Shown here in pieces: positions 36,759 to 50,139 of a stretch of 64,000 nucleotides of DNA (within the stretch, counting starts at the first letter, position 1; each line of letters begins with the position of its first letter). The notes under the pieces are model-generated. The model was not told where the DNA came from, searched no databases, and was given only the letters and a program-made list of their open reading frames with translations. This DNA comes from Heteronotia binoei (taxonomy: Eukaryota), in assembly GCF_032191835.1 (NCBI RefSeq), contig NC_083227.1:109120001-109184000 (forward strand), given 5' to 3'. The translations under genes were made by a program, and so were the position numbers.

Positions 36759-38324
36759 AAGAATATAAGAATTCCCCTGCTGGATCAGACCAATGTCTAT
36801 CTAATATAATGTCCATCTGTTCCCAACAGCAGCCAAGCAGGTATATTTGTCAGCCCACAAGACAGGCCTGATGGTAATTCCATCATGTATTGTTAGTCCT
36901 CAGCCCTTGGTACAGTCTCTCTGATAACAAAGACACCTTTAAGCTCTCATGGCCAACAGTCGTTGATAGGTACAAATTTCCAAGTGAATACATTTAAAAT
37001 TGTTCATTTCATTGTAATTTATACAGATGCACAAATCGCTGAGCAGCTAATAATGAAATATTTGGTAACATCTGTGAGACTATTGAGTGCTCTGTTGCCT
37101 GTGTCCCCCAGCAGCTATTGAATTTATGTGTATAGCTCTGTTTTTTACTTGCCCAAATATTTGCCAGTACATGTCTTTAAAAAATACTGGAAGATTAATT
37201 GCCAAGAACATTAGCCAAAACATAACAAAACCCTCAACCCCTTAGATTAAGCTGTAACCAGCTGTTCTAATGATAAATATTCTCTGGTTTAGAAGAATGG
37301 TGAACACATGGTCTAATAAAGCATTTAAATATCCTTTACACACTTCAGGGGGAGGCGATGTGGTTAACAGGGGGAACGACCTCCTAGTGGGTAAATAAAT
37401 CAAATGTTAGAGTTGATTCTGATAAAGTTAAGAGATGATTATTCTCCCTGGTTTAGCAGAGGCTACTTGAAATTACTTTATAACATGGCTGTCACCACAC
37501 AGTGAGCCATTTGTGTACACAGGCTCATGGAATCAGATTGGGTGATGCTCTCTAAGTCACAGCATGGTTACAACATGGCTGTGGGGGGGGGGAGGAGTCT
37601 GCTGTTTGTCAAAGTGTACAAAATCACCCAATCTGCACAGGAAGTTAGCTACTCCACACAAATGAACCCTGTGAGATGAAAAGTTGCCTAGCCAAGAGAT
37701 ATAGAACAGACCTACTATGGTTGTTGTAACAGATGCACCAGACATAAAGAATCTGCCACAGAATGAGAAGATTCCATTAACCCATCACTCTCCCTGCAGA
37801 TTTACAGGTATAGAGTCATGTTTATCCAGAACAGAAAACCTCTCAAGCAAATTTGCAGTGGAGCAATAATATGGCCAGCCAAACTTCTCTTCCTAAAACT
37901 CCATCCTCTCCAAGCACTGCCTTCAAATTCCAGGAATTTCCCAAGATGAAGTTGGGAATCAGTTGGGCTCAGTGGCAGCCCGGGCTGCAATCTCCATTAC
38001 TAAGAGGGGGGGAAAAAATGAGGATTTTTATATGCCTGAGAATATTTGTAGAAACTTATTTATTCATGTATCTGCTGTCTAGATTTGCTGGAGCCTATCA
38101 GAAGCAATATTACAGCAGTAATCTCAAACATTCTGAACTGCTAGGCCTTGCAACTGATTGTCAGATAGCAGAGATCAGTTCCCTTGGAGAAAATGGCTAC
38201 TTTGGAAGGTGGAATGTATAGCATTACAGTCCACCCCGCCCCCCCAGGCTCTACCCCATGACATTATAGTCCGCTCCCCAGGCTCCACCCGAAATCTCCA
38301 GAAATTTTCCAACCCAGAATCAGC

Positions 38325-38901
38325 TAGGATTGCCAATCCTCAGGTGGGGGCAGGGGATCCCCCGGTTTGGAGGCCCTCTTCCCGCTTCAGGGTCGTCAGA
38401 AAGCGGGGGGGAGGGGAATGTCTGCTGGGAAGCACATGAACAAAATCAATATGAAAATGATTTCAATATAGAGATTGAGTCTGTGGTAACTAATTCCCTA
38501 TGGAGATTTATTCCCATAGAAAATCATGGAGAATTGATCTGCGGGTATCTGGGGCTCTGGGGGGGCTGTGTTTTGGGGTAGAGGCACCAAATTTTCAGTA
38601 TAATCCAGTGCCTCTCCCTAAAATACCTCCCAAGTTTCAAAAAGATTGGACCACAGGGTCCAATTCTATGAGCCCCAAAAGAAGGTGCCCCTATCCTTCA
38701 TTATTTCCTATGGAAGGAAGGCATTGAAAAGGTGTGCCATCCCTTTAAATGTGATGGCCAGAACTTCCTTGGAGTTCATTTATGCTTGTCACACCCTTGC
38801 TCCTGGCTCCACCCCTAATGTCTCCTGGCTCCACCCCCAAAGTCTCCTAGCTCCACCCCCAAAGCCCCCAGATATTTCTTGAATTGGACTTGGCAACCCT
38901 A
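38325..38901 (-). mobile_element. hAT-type MITE, copy 3 (inverted), with 8-bp TSD
   Basis: TIRs taggattgccaa / ttggcaacccta; TSD gaatcagc / gagtcagc; carries a 66-bp foreign segment. Confidence 0.9.
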
Positions 38902-39654
38902 GAGTCAGCAATCCTATCAAGAACTATAATTCCCAGAGTCCTTTGTGCACAGGCATGTGGAAGAGACACATGGCAGGAACGACAAAGCAAAGCACCAAAA
39001 GGCAGTGGGAGTAAATGTCGCTGATCCTTTTGGTAGGAACTGCAGGCTAAATATGTGTTTGTTCACTCACAGTCTCCAGCCCCACCCTCATCCTCATGCT
39101 GCTATGTCTGGTGGCAGAAACATAAAGCTGTAAAAGATAGGGAACAAAAACAAGCTGAAGAACACCAGTCTGTCCTCCAGTTTTTCTGTGTCAGGCAATA
39201 ATATAATAACTAGGGAAGCACATGAACAAAATCAATATGAAAATGATTTCAATATAGAGACTGAGTCTGTGGTAACTACTTCTCAGTGAAGTGAAGTGAA
39301 GTGAGAATACAGGTTTTTTGCATACCATCAGTGACTGTGGCAGAAGCGGAAAGAAGCTTCCATCAAACTTGCACAAATTAGCCATTACTGAAGCTTGGTA
39401 TCTTTTCACACACCAGCTAGAAATTCAGTAGGTGAAACATTTTCTAGAAGAGATATGCAACAATGAGGGAAAGCATCACCTGCTGAATTTCTTGCTCCTC
39501 ATCTGTGCCTTATTAAGGCACAGCAGTTCCACCCAACAAAGCTGGTAACTCAAAGACTGCCAAATCCAGAGTCATTTTTGATTTATCAATGGCTAAACTT
39601 ACACTATTGGTTAGGGAAAAGACAATTACTTAATTTATTAGAGATTGGAAACCC

Positions 39655-40898
39655 CAGGCCTCATTTTGGGCAGGAGCTTCACAGGAGCGGAGCTCCAGAA
39701 CCTCTAAATTTTATTCTGCTCTTTCTTTCTTACCCCACCCCCAATACTTGCTTCTGGGCTCCATTGTTCAAACCTCCTGTGAGAATATTGCTGCACCCTG
39801 AGATGTGACAAACTTTCTAATATTTTCCCCACAAAAAATGGGGGAAATAACCAAAACAAATAAAGCAGACAGATGGAAATCTTCATCATGCCACTGTGGC
39901 CACATAGGAGAAAGCAATTTAAAAAGTATGATGGGAGTAAGGTTTTATTATGACAATTATAATTCACAGGGCCAGATCTAGGGGTGGGGCAGATGGTACA
40001 CTTGCCCCAGGTGCCACCCGGGGGGCACCAAATTGGGCACCCCCAAAGGGCAGGTGGGGGGAGCAATAAAGTCTCCACTGATCAGTGGGTCCTTGAGCTT
40101 CCTCCTGTGCAAATGCACTGGAGAGGAAGTGTCAGCAGGGTCACCCCTCCACCCTTTCTCCTTCCCAGATTTGTGCACAGTGGGGCAGCATGTTTGCTCC
40201 ATCCTTGGAGGCTGCTATTCAAGGGAAGGCAAGCTTCAAGGACAGAGCAAATGCCTTGCTGCCCCCCCCCTCATTTCTCCTTCCCAAGACTGTGTACAGA
40301 CCCGGGAAGGAGAAAAGTGGTGGTGGGAGGCTGTGGCAGCGCTTGCTCCGTCTTTGGAGCTTGCCTTCTCAGGCTCCAAGGATGGAGCAAATGCTGTTGT
40401 GCTGCCCCCACCCCTTTCTCCTTCCTGGGTCTGTGCGTAGACCTGGAAAGGAGAAATCAGGGGTGACACGGCAGCATGTGTTCCATCCTTGGAGCCAAAG
40501 ATGGAGCAAACACCGCTGTGCTGCCTCCCGCCCCTTTCACCTTCCCAGGTCTGTGCACAGACCTGGGAAGGAGAAAAGGGGTGGGTGCCTGTGGGGTGGG
40601 GGAAGAGTGGGGGTGTGTACTTTGCCCATAGGGAGTGGGAGGTGCCTTGCCTGGGTCAGCAGGCATGCCCCCACACTATTTTTTGAGTGGGGGCACCATT
40701 TTTAGTTTTGCCCCCACTCAAACAATAGGTAGATCTGACCCTGATAATTCAAGAAGCATTTTAAGGTAGATGGTGAGCTGATATAATTTAGTACACCTTT
40801 CCGGTGATGTCAGGGGTGTGTGGCATATGTAAATAAGTTATGCAAATGACTTGTGCTAATGAGCTCTGGCACTTCTTTTTTTTGCAAAATGACCCCTG
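39655..40898. mobile_element. hAT MITE (host) containing a nested hAT element
   Basis: TIRs caggcctcattttg / caaaatgacccctg; TSD ggaaaccc / ggaagccc. Confidence 0.8.
39967..40743. mobile_element. Nested hAT MITE with internal ~120-bp degenerate tandem repeats
   Basis: TIRs cagggccagatcta / tagatctgaccctg; perfect TSD ataattca. Confidence 0.88.
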
Positions 40899-40904
40899 GG
40901 AAGC

Positions 40905-41215
40905 CCTCATTGACTTTTTGCATGAAAAAATAAGGATGACTTGATGATTTGTGGTTTTTCTGAATAAGAAATTTGCTTAACAGGAAATAAAAAGAGAGTT
41001 CTTGTTTGTATATATAAGCAAAGAAATTTTTGTAATCAAAATTATATTAGTTGTAGATAAAATTGGAAGCCCTTTATATCACCTCTCCCCATTTCCCTTT
41101 TTCTTTTGTTTGTTCTTGTTCTGTATTTAGCGGATGTTTATGTATGGTTTTAAAGGGGGGTGGATTGTATGTCTTCCAGTTTTACTTCTTTAATAAAATA
41201 AAATTTTTGATCCAA
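40905..41215 (+). mobile_element. Possible L1 3' end remnant
   Basis: aattggaagccctttata (NWKPFI, resembling the reptile L1 ORF2 end), T-rich UTR and aataaaataaaa tail; heavily decayed. Confidence 0.35.
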
Positions 41216-43454
41216 AGTCATTTTGGATTTACCAGTCTTTAACTGAAGTTACTGTAACTAGTAGGAGTAATGGTAGTAGAAGTAGTTTTGGATTTAGTTT
41301 TACAGAAAGTATATTGACTCTTTACAATTCATTATAGCAATTGTATTGTATTCCTAACTGCACGGATTTGGAGATAGGTTATGTTTTGTTTCTACTTGTA
41401 TCATATGTGTAGTCTTGACCCTAGTCCAACCTTCTTGGTAACTTGACTCCACTGCTGGCGAAAGAACCCCTCATTCCAGAGGGTAAGAGTCCTGCATCAC
41501 AGCAAAAAAGGACCATGATGCGGGAACCACAAAACTATTAAGGAGGCGGTGGACCAGTTATTTTGGCACAGGAAAAAAGCTGTGTCAAACAGCAGCCCTC
41601 TTCCTTTATAGTTTTGTGGTGTCTGTTTGCCAAATTACAGAACCGTGTCTTTGCATTTAACAGCAGTTAGATATGGATAGCTGGGTAGGAGCAGGGAAAC
41701 TTCAGTGGTACTTTGCAAGATGGAGAAAACCGAGTACCATGAAAGTCCTATCCCGATCTGGCAATCTTGCCTGACTACAAGCAGTTTGAAACTCCTCCTA
41801 AGAAGTGTATCAATTTGTACTTGATATGCTTTTTCCAGAAACCTGACATTACAGACTTAATGTTTGGTAAAGGCTGTCTTAAACCAGGCCTCTTCTCAGT
41901 ATAAGTCAAAAGCACTGGCATAGAGACCTGGGAAATGAGCTGCCTTCAAAAGAGAAAAACAGGAATGTTTCAATGAACGCTCTTCCTTTCCCCTCCAAAT
42001 AGGCCACAGCCCACCTTTGCTTGCTCCCTGTGGGGTTTCTCAGATCACGCTCAGGATATAATAAAATGGACCACATCTGCTTCAGTAATTCACTTGTTTC
42101 CAGCAGGCTGCCAGACCCTATAAATAGAGTGTGAAGATCCACTGCCTCTTCCAGGCAGACCCCTAGCAGGACCTACTGCTGCTGCTTCTTTGCAGATTGC
42201 CCCCCGGCTACCCCCACACAAATATTTTATGAACATTTCTCTTAGACTGACAATGAAGGCATTGTGCTTGGACCACAAATTTTACCACTGTCCAGGTCTA
42301 CAGATTCCTTGGAGCAGCAAATGGTCCAAAAAAAGGTGATTTCAGAAATCATACTGCAGTTCAGCTAAATGCTGTTTTTATTCCCAGGGCCCCAGTAAGC
42401 TTTGTGGGAACTGCAACCCAGCCTGCAACACTCAGACTTTTAAGTCTTCAAGCAGAACTTGAAGAGTTCAGGAAGAGAATTGTCTCCATGGTTCTGAAGG
42501 GCAAGAGGATCTGAAGATCTTAATTCCTGTGTTTCAAGTACCAAAACACAGTGATAAGAATAACAGGACATAAAAAGCCAGCTGACTCCTGGAGAGCAGC
42601 AACCACTGTATGAAGCTTGTTTTTGCAGGGCCTGGCAATTTTGCACCGGGAACTAAAGAGATAAAGACGAGGGAGCTTTCTGGACAGCTCCATAAATAAA
42701 ATTCTGTTTTTAAACAATGTTGCAATCAAAATATTGGCAGCAGAATGGTTCTGTATAATTGAGGATTCCCACAAAGCCATAGCCAAACAGGTGGTAAGCA
42801 TCTTCTATGCTAATACTTACTCCTAACTTGCCGCCTGGGGACAAGGAAGGCTTGCAGCTACAATAAAGTGAAATTAGTCGATGTGCAGTTAGAATATATT
42901 CTATTAAAAACAACAGCAAGAGCCCTTATAAAAATCCTTTTCTTTAACAGCAGAAATGTCAGTGCACAGGGAGGGGCCTCTGTGAAACACCTCAGCACTC
43001 CTGAGAGGTGATCTGGGGGTTAAGCAAGCATGCTTAAACTGGGCTGTTGCTGAATATCACGGGTTCATTGTTAGCACTACCCGTTGCCTGTTTCCTTTTT
43101 GTTCCTGTTAGTGAGAGCTTTCTGTTTTCCCCCTAAGCACTTAGTTTCACCTATGAGGCTTTTCCCCCTGGACTGGAGCATCTCACAATAAGTCACTGCA
43201 GATGGCACCAAACACAAGGGCTGGCAATCTCCACATGAGGCTTGGAGTTCTCCCAGAATTACAACTGATCTCCAGGGCACAGAGATCAGTTCTCATGAAG
43301 AAAAATGGCAGCTTAAGAGAGTGGGTTCTATGGTTCTCCTTCCCAGATCCTGTCTTTCCCATGCTCTACTCTCAAGTTTCCAGGAATTTTCCAACCCTAA
43401 TCCTCTTGCACGTTCATTCTTTCCTGTTAAACTCGATGAGCTCCTGACAAACCC

Positions 43455-43645
43455 ATTGTTACCCAATACATACACGTGTAAGTGCCATCAAGTCATACCC
43501 AACTTAAGGCAACATCAGAAAAGGGTTCTCAAGGCAAATGAGAAGCAGAGGTGGTTTTGCCATTGTATTCCTCTGCAGTCTCCCTTCCAAGCACCAGCCT
43601 TGCTTAGCTTCTGAGATCTGACAAGGCTGAGCTCCATGCTGCCTT
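43455..43645 (-). mobile_element. 5S-derived SINE (5S-Sauria-like)
   Basis: Reverse complement of cttgtcagatctcagaagctaagcaaggctgg plus Sauria tail. Confidence 0.7.
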
Positions 43646-45057
43646 TCATCCCTATTGTTACCCAACAGCAAATGCTTTGAAAAGGACTTGCTGATTTCAC
43701 AAATGCAGATTTTATAAAAGAGGAGCTAATTTGACTCCCAGTGGCATTTGACGACCCCCACCACACCCCCGAAGTGGCCTTTAAAAGAAATCAGGGGTCT
43801 TTGGACTATGTTTCAGTGTTTGGCCAAAGATTACAGTGGCACTACAGAGGCGTCTGAAAGGAAAAAAGAGGCTCACTGAATGGCCACCTTTGTAAACCTC
43901 ACCTTAAATGTTTAAACATAAATAATTTTGGCAATGATTAATATGTGTTCCATAATGCATTACTAGAGTCCAGTGTTTTCAGTTGTATAACCTTATAAAG
44001 CAAATATCCTGATAGTCTTATATATTGTGACTGTATGAAAGTATATATGTTCAGTTAACATACTTTATTTAATTTTCTACAGAATTTGTTTTCTACTTTC
44101 AACTTTTATTTTTTCCTTCCTCTCAGGTGAGAGAAACTAAGAGCCAAACTAGATGTCAGATTTTTTAAAGGGCTGGGTCCAGGTTTCCTGAATGAAACTT
44201 AAGTCATCTGCAGCTATACAGCAGCTGTGGGGAACGCCTATTAAAAACCAAGAAGGGGAATGTTGCCACAGGAGTGGGGGAGAAAGGGGTCCTGCCCTCC
44301 CCAGTCATTTTCCAACCTTTCTCCTGATTTTGCTTTTTCATGGCACGGAATACTCCATGTGGAATTTTGCATCTCTAATCATGATAGCTAGGGAAATTCT
44401 TTATGAGCAGAGGCAACATGTATATCAGATGCTGGAGATAAAACTACACAATGTTCTGCTTGTGAACTTTTAGTTGCATCAGGCTGACAGCTGTTGAAAA
44501 CAGGATGCTGAATGAAATGGGCTCTTGGTCAGATCCAGCAAGACGGTTCTTACATCAGGATTAAACCACTGCATTATCAAAAGAGCTACAGTAAATAGTT
44601 CCCTTTGTTATTGCAACAACTATGAACTACGTTGTTCCAAGAAAGCTTTCTCCATTAATCCAAGAAGAAAGCAAATTACATTTTTTTTTAGACAAATGTA
44701 TCTGTAATCTAGAGATGTGCAGATATTTTTTTCCTGCCCTGGGCAACAACCTGTCATTGCCACATACCAAATTGCTTCTGAAACCTGAAGATATTTTTAA
44801 AATGCAGCAAGGGCAGTGAGTAGAGAGGGGTTGCTGCTTGGTAAAAAGAGAGAAAGATAAAAGCCCCAACACAAATGTGCCATTTCATGTAGGTAGTGTA
44901 AAGAGGTCTATTGGATTGTAGCCCATCTCTATTATCTCCATTCCAATTGCCAGCTAAAATTACTTATATAAACTGTCTCCTTTTGACTGGCAGGGTGGGT
45001 CTCCACTCAAAAAAATAATATCCCATAAACCATCGTGTCCAGTAGAATGATACTTAC

Positions 45058-45501
45058 CTCCTGCTCTCTCATTTTCTGAGATTCAGATATTATTGTGCTG
45101 TCTTTGATATCTGTTTCTGGTTTTGTGGCCGTACTTTTCCCCTTTGGCAATGGACTTTCAGAAACTTTTGGAGGCTGTTCAGGTAATTTGGACAGTGACT
45201 TTCCTTCTGATGGAGCAGGAGGCTTTTTTTCTTGGACAGTGGTTGGTAGTTTGCTCTGTTCTGAAGTCCTTAGTTGTTTTGCTTGTGAAAGGGGCCTTGT
45301 CTGAGGAGCTGATGCATCAGGCTTCTGGGGCATTACTTGCTGGGGGGCTCCTCTCTGTTGCTGACCAATTCCACCAGGTTGGTGTCGAGGGGATCCAGTT
45401 GGCTGTTGCTTTGGAGCAGGCAGTGGCATTGGGGCAGGGTCTCCTAGACTTCCTTCTAGCAGCCTCTGAGTTTGGCAGTTCAAACACAGCCACTCATTTT
45501 T
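45058..45501 (-). CDS. BSN: Bassoon exon 4 (444 nt, phase 0/0), C-terminal part of second zinc finger KNEWLCLNCQTQRLLEGSLG...KMREQE
   Basis: Acceptor tttctttcag|AAAAAT at 45501; donor GAG|gtaagt at 45058; lies within ORF 45007..45552. Confidence 0.95.
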
Positions 45502-48500
45502 CTGAAAGAAATAAAAAAAAGCTGTTATGCCTCCAAAATATAATTGAAGCACATATTTATTTATTGATAGCCCACTTTTCTCACTGGATTCCAGGAATAC
45601 AAAACAATTCTGTCAGGCACAACAAGACAATCAATGAGCAATGCTATTGGGTTGACAGAGACTAAAATGTAATTCAAGGATCCACATGAATCTAGCCCAC
45701 ACTTTTGTGATCTCACTGGGGCAATTTACACATAGGAGTTGCTGGATGTAGCACTCTGCTGTAATTTAACCAACTTCTTCAGACTAACACAGGAAAATGG
45801 AAATACTGAGCAAAGCAGTCTAGGGGGTGGAGTTTTCCTCTATCCCATAATTAGGTTCCAGTTAACTCTTCTATCACTTTTACTATGCAAATAACTTCTG
45901 AAATGAATGTAAAACAAAGAGAGGGACTGGGCTCTCTTCCTCTCTCACACACTCACTGGGAAGAGCCATGTGGCTCTGCCTGCTCCTCCCTCCACAGTGT
46001 TAGTCTTGTTGAGATTTAAAGACACACACACATTCAAAAACACATGAAGTTTGCAAGCTTCTAAACCTGCTAAGATTGAAAGGCACATCAAGGCTGTTGG
46101 AGGCAGGGCATCCCCCCACTGACCAGCTGGCTGGCAGTGGGGAGGAACATGCAAAACCAAGGGATCTCCCCCCCCCTGCCCTGGGGCCTGGCAAGCCTAA
46201 CTTCCACTAAATGAAACTGAAATTTGTCATACCCCCACAAGTCCTTTGTCAGGTTTTGCGGCATCATTTCTAAGTGGGGCTTTATTAAGGGATGCACACA
46301 CACACACTTTTGTGATCCCACTGGGAAAATGGTATATTATTCATGGGAGTTGCTGAATATTTCAATCAGCTTCTTCAGACTAACACAAGAAAATGAAAGT
46401 AAGGAAACAGCAGGGATGTAATCAAGATTTTAAAAGTAGGAGAGCTTTTTTAAAAGTTCTGGGGCATCCTTTCCCATCCAGATGCAAACAGAAATAAGTT
46501 CATGCTTGCAGAGAGGATGGAACATAAATTTGAAAAATAAATAAATAAAATAAAATATCCTGTTTTGTCTTGGCAAACCTGAGCTCCCTCATTGGTTGGG
46601 ATTGCATGGGACCATGATGCATCAATCTTTGGTCTGTCAAACCATCAACTGCTCTTGTTTTGCATTGGCTGACTCTGCTTTCCCCCACCCACTGCTGGCC
46701 CCAGGACAGATGAGGATTGGCCCACTGGGGAAACTTTTAGGCAATGGCTGCTGCTAGGCAACCAACCTTGTTTCTCTCAAAAAAGCAAGCAAGCTGGGTT
46801 CTCTCAGTAAAAGGCAGTGAGGGAGGTCCTTTTAAGTCCTATTTTGGCCTCTGAGGGAGAACTCATTGGTCGACTCCACTCCTCTCTCCCATGAGTGACT
46901 GTTGCTAGCCAGCCAAGCTGCTTCCATCAGTAAAAGGCAACCAACCTTGGTTCTGGCAGTTTATGACTCTCCCTACTCTCCCATTGGCTAAGCTGCCTGT
47001 CACTATGCTTTGCAGAGGAGAAAAAGAAAGCCTTCCCTTGACTGGCTGAGGGATGGAGGAGGATGAAAGAGCCATAGAGAAAGCCTTCTCACAATTGGCT
47101 GCAGGAGGGAAGAGGAGGGAAGGTTTCCTTTCGATTGGCTGAGGACTCCTCCCTATCCTCTTCTGGAAGGGAAACAAACAGAGATGGGGAGGGTGGGGGT
47201 GGAAATGGTGTTCTGTACCAGCAGGCCAAATACAGAGAGAAAGAGATGGAGGGAAAGTGAGAGCCACAAAGAGGCTTAAGACCAACAATGTTATCAGAGC
47301 GAGAGAGTGTTGGTCTGGAAGGTATCATTAAAGGCCTTTGAGGGATAACTCACTGGGGCCAGTCGTGGAGATTCTGTGATGGAGTTTGAGGACAGCATAG
47401 GAGTTAGGGCTTCAGAGCGGGGTCTGCCAGACCCAGGTTCTTCTTTGGAAGCTGATTGGGTAATTTCGGACCATTCACAGACTTTCAGCCTAACCTGCCA
47501 TGAGGGTTGTTGCTCAGATCAAAGGGAGGAAGAGGAGAATGATGTAAGCTGCTTTGGTCCCCACCACCGTGGAGAAAGGTTGTCCTTCCTAGGTGGAGTC
47601 TGCAGGGAGCAGGGAAATGCTGGAAAGCTGAAGCCAGAAGGGCAGATAAAGGAAAGGAGAAAGGGCTGCCAACTCCAGGTTAGGAAATTCTTGGAGATTT
47701 AAGGGGTGGAGCCTGGAGATGGTGGGGTTTGAGGAGCGGTGGGACTTCAGACAGGTACAATGCCATACACTGCACCCTCCATACCAGCCATTTCCTCCTC
47801 AGGAACCACTGTTGCCAATCTTCAGGTGAGGGCTGGAGATCACTCAGAATTACAACTGTTCTCCAGATGGCAGAGATCAGCTCCCCTTGAGGTGTGTGGG
47901 GGAATGAATGCCTTCACTCAGGTGGGTGGGAAGACAGCAAGGGGGGGGGCACTTGGCCAGAGCCTCTTACTTGAGCCTGTTATATTTTTTCTTTTCAATG
48001 GACCTTATTCCTACTCATTCAATAAAAGGCTGATTTACATATTGCCTTTCTGCCATGGTTGCTTGTTTCACAAGGTCTCATTCCCCATTGCAGTGGTTAA
48101 CATTTTAGTAACATATGAATATGATAATCACATGGAATGTTCCCACAACAGCACTGTTGACCTTTGAGCAAGCATCCCAGGTCATCTACTTACCACTTGT
48201 ATTTACTAGCTTTAGGAGTGGCAAATACAGTGTGGAAAGTGCCGATGGAGCCAGAAAGATAAAATGTACATGCAACCCTCAGCAGGAGATATTTCTGAAC
48301 ATAGTTCAGTTTAGGTTGTAAAAAATCTGAATGTATTAAAATGACTGCAAAATCTCATAACTTTTTAAACCCAGAATATTAATTTACAAAGATTATTGTT
48401 CAGTAGATAGCTGGGAGCCCCCTTCACTGGTTCAAGTTCTACATGTATCTCTGCAAGTCAGCTGTAAAAATATCTCTGCTGAGGGAGGAGGCAGTAAAGT

Positions 48501-49613
48501 GAAAGCTGCCCTTTTATCATCTGACAGCAGCAGTTTAAAACATGAGGTCCCCTCTTAACATCTTTTCTTGGAACCTATGTAAAACAATGGATAATTTTCT
48601 TAATAATGAGACATTAGGAAAAGTTATTTGATATTGTGTTTCCTGTTGCTAAAAATGCTGATCCTAGTACACCAGCAGCTACACTTTGATCTGTACTGAT
48701 TTTATATGTAATGCTTAGTCACTTTAGTGCTGTTAATTGCATTCACTCATTCTGCTCATAATGGCTCCCTTGTGTGCAGTGCATCTGCTGCATGTATAAC
48801 AACTGAAATTCTTCTCTTGTTCTTTTATTTTTAGCTTGGAAACTCACAAGCTAAAATGTATTTTACTGAGAAGATGATTTTCGATACTGAGAATATTTTT
48901 AAGTCTGCAGAATGGGCTATACAAGGGATGGAGAAAGGAAAATTCCCCCAACCTCATATTAACATAGCCTTTCAGCCCTCAATATATGATGTTATACAAT
49001 GATATAATTGCAAGTGGGGGAACTGCAAAACTTGTGTGTGGGGATTCCATCCTTCTCTTTTGCTGGCCACCCTTTTGGCACCCTGCCTAGCAGGGCTGTA
49101 GCCAGAGTGTGTGTGGAGGGTGTCCCATCCCCTCTCTAATTTGCCATGCACTCCATCCCACTCATCCCTACCCTTCCTCCTCTCAGCTGGGAGTTGCAGC
49201 AGCTGCACCTCCACCTAGCATGGCTGACTCTGAAATGCCTGGACAGCTGGTGAGAATGTGTGGAGCTCTGAGCATCTGCCAGCTGTGCCTTAAAAGGGGG
49301 CTCCATCCAGCAGGTGGCTACTCCTGGCCGCTGCTGGGGTTCAGAAGGTGCAGTTGCAGCAGCCCCCAAGGGAACCCCCAAGCAGTGCCAGCACTGCACA
49401 GATGGCTAATCCAGCTGTGGGTCAGATAAGGCAGGATAATAGCAGGCAACTTGGATGCCTGGACAGTGGGTAGTCAGGGAGCAGGAAGGTCCCCAGAGAA
49501 GGTCCACCCTGCACCTCACTGTGCCGGAAACAGGTTATCACATGACACCTGCCTGGGCATGTTGCACGTTGGGGCATGCCTCCTCCCCAATGATTTTCTG
49601 GCTACTGCCCACC

Positions 49614-50139
49614 CAGGACCGGCCGGAGCCTTCCTGATGCCCCAGGCAGGGCAGCACAGCTCTGCCCCCCACGCCTGTTGCCTACTCACGAGTAGGCGGC
49701 AAGCATGGGGCTACTTGCGGGTGAGCGGCAGGGTGAGGGGGGAGGTGAGTGGGATCTGGAGGCAGTGGGCGAGTGGGGAGGTGAGGGGGGAGGGCAAGCT
49801 GGAGGGAGGGCGAGCAGTATCTGGTGGTGGCTGTGGTGGGAGGGCAAGCGGGGGGGAGGGCGAGCAGGATCTGGCGGTGGCAGCACGAGTGGATGGGGAG
49901 GGCAAGAGGGAGGCAGGAACTGGCGGAGGTGGCAGGGGAGGAGGGTGAGCGGGATCTGGCGGTGGTGGCACAAGGCGAGCTTGGGCAGGTGGGCGCTGGC
50001 TGCAGCGGCGGCAAGGGGGAGGGAGGCAAATTAGGTGGTTGTCTTGGCCACCATGAGTGGGGGAAGCCCAATTTGGTGCCCCATCCATCCCGGCGCCCTA
50101 GGCAACCACCTAGTTTTCCTAGTGGTTGAGCTGGCCCTG
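49614..50139. mobile_element. hAT (Tip100-like) MITE with G-rich degenerate minisatellite
   Basis: TIRs caggaccggcc / gagctggccctg; perfect TSD tgcccacc (49606-49613, 50140-50147). Confidence 0.82.

Larger units (their letters stand above)
3496..45501 (-). other. BSN: Bassoon gene, coding span within window (exons 4-10; 5' exons lie beyond 64000)
   Basis: Spliced exons give a continuous ORF with Bassoon landmarks: end of Zn finger 2 (EWLCLNCQTQRLLEGSLG), RSPQSLSDTGYSSDGISSSQSEITG, three coiled-coil regions, and C-terminus GESVFSKILPGGAAEQAGKLTEAVSAFGKKFTSFW. No PDZ or C2 domains, which excludes Piccolo. Confidence 0.97.

Noticed and set aside
3496-45501. Piccolo (PCLO) as an alternative identity
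   Set aside because: The C-terminus is Bassoon-type and no PDZ or C2 exons are present.
46660-47140. Four ATTGGCT (CCAAT box) motifs as a promoter
   Set aside because: They sit in degenerate repeated units typical of transposon subterminal DNA, with no CpG island or start-site context.
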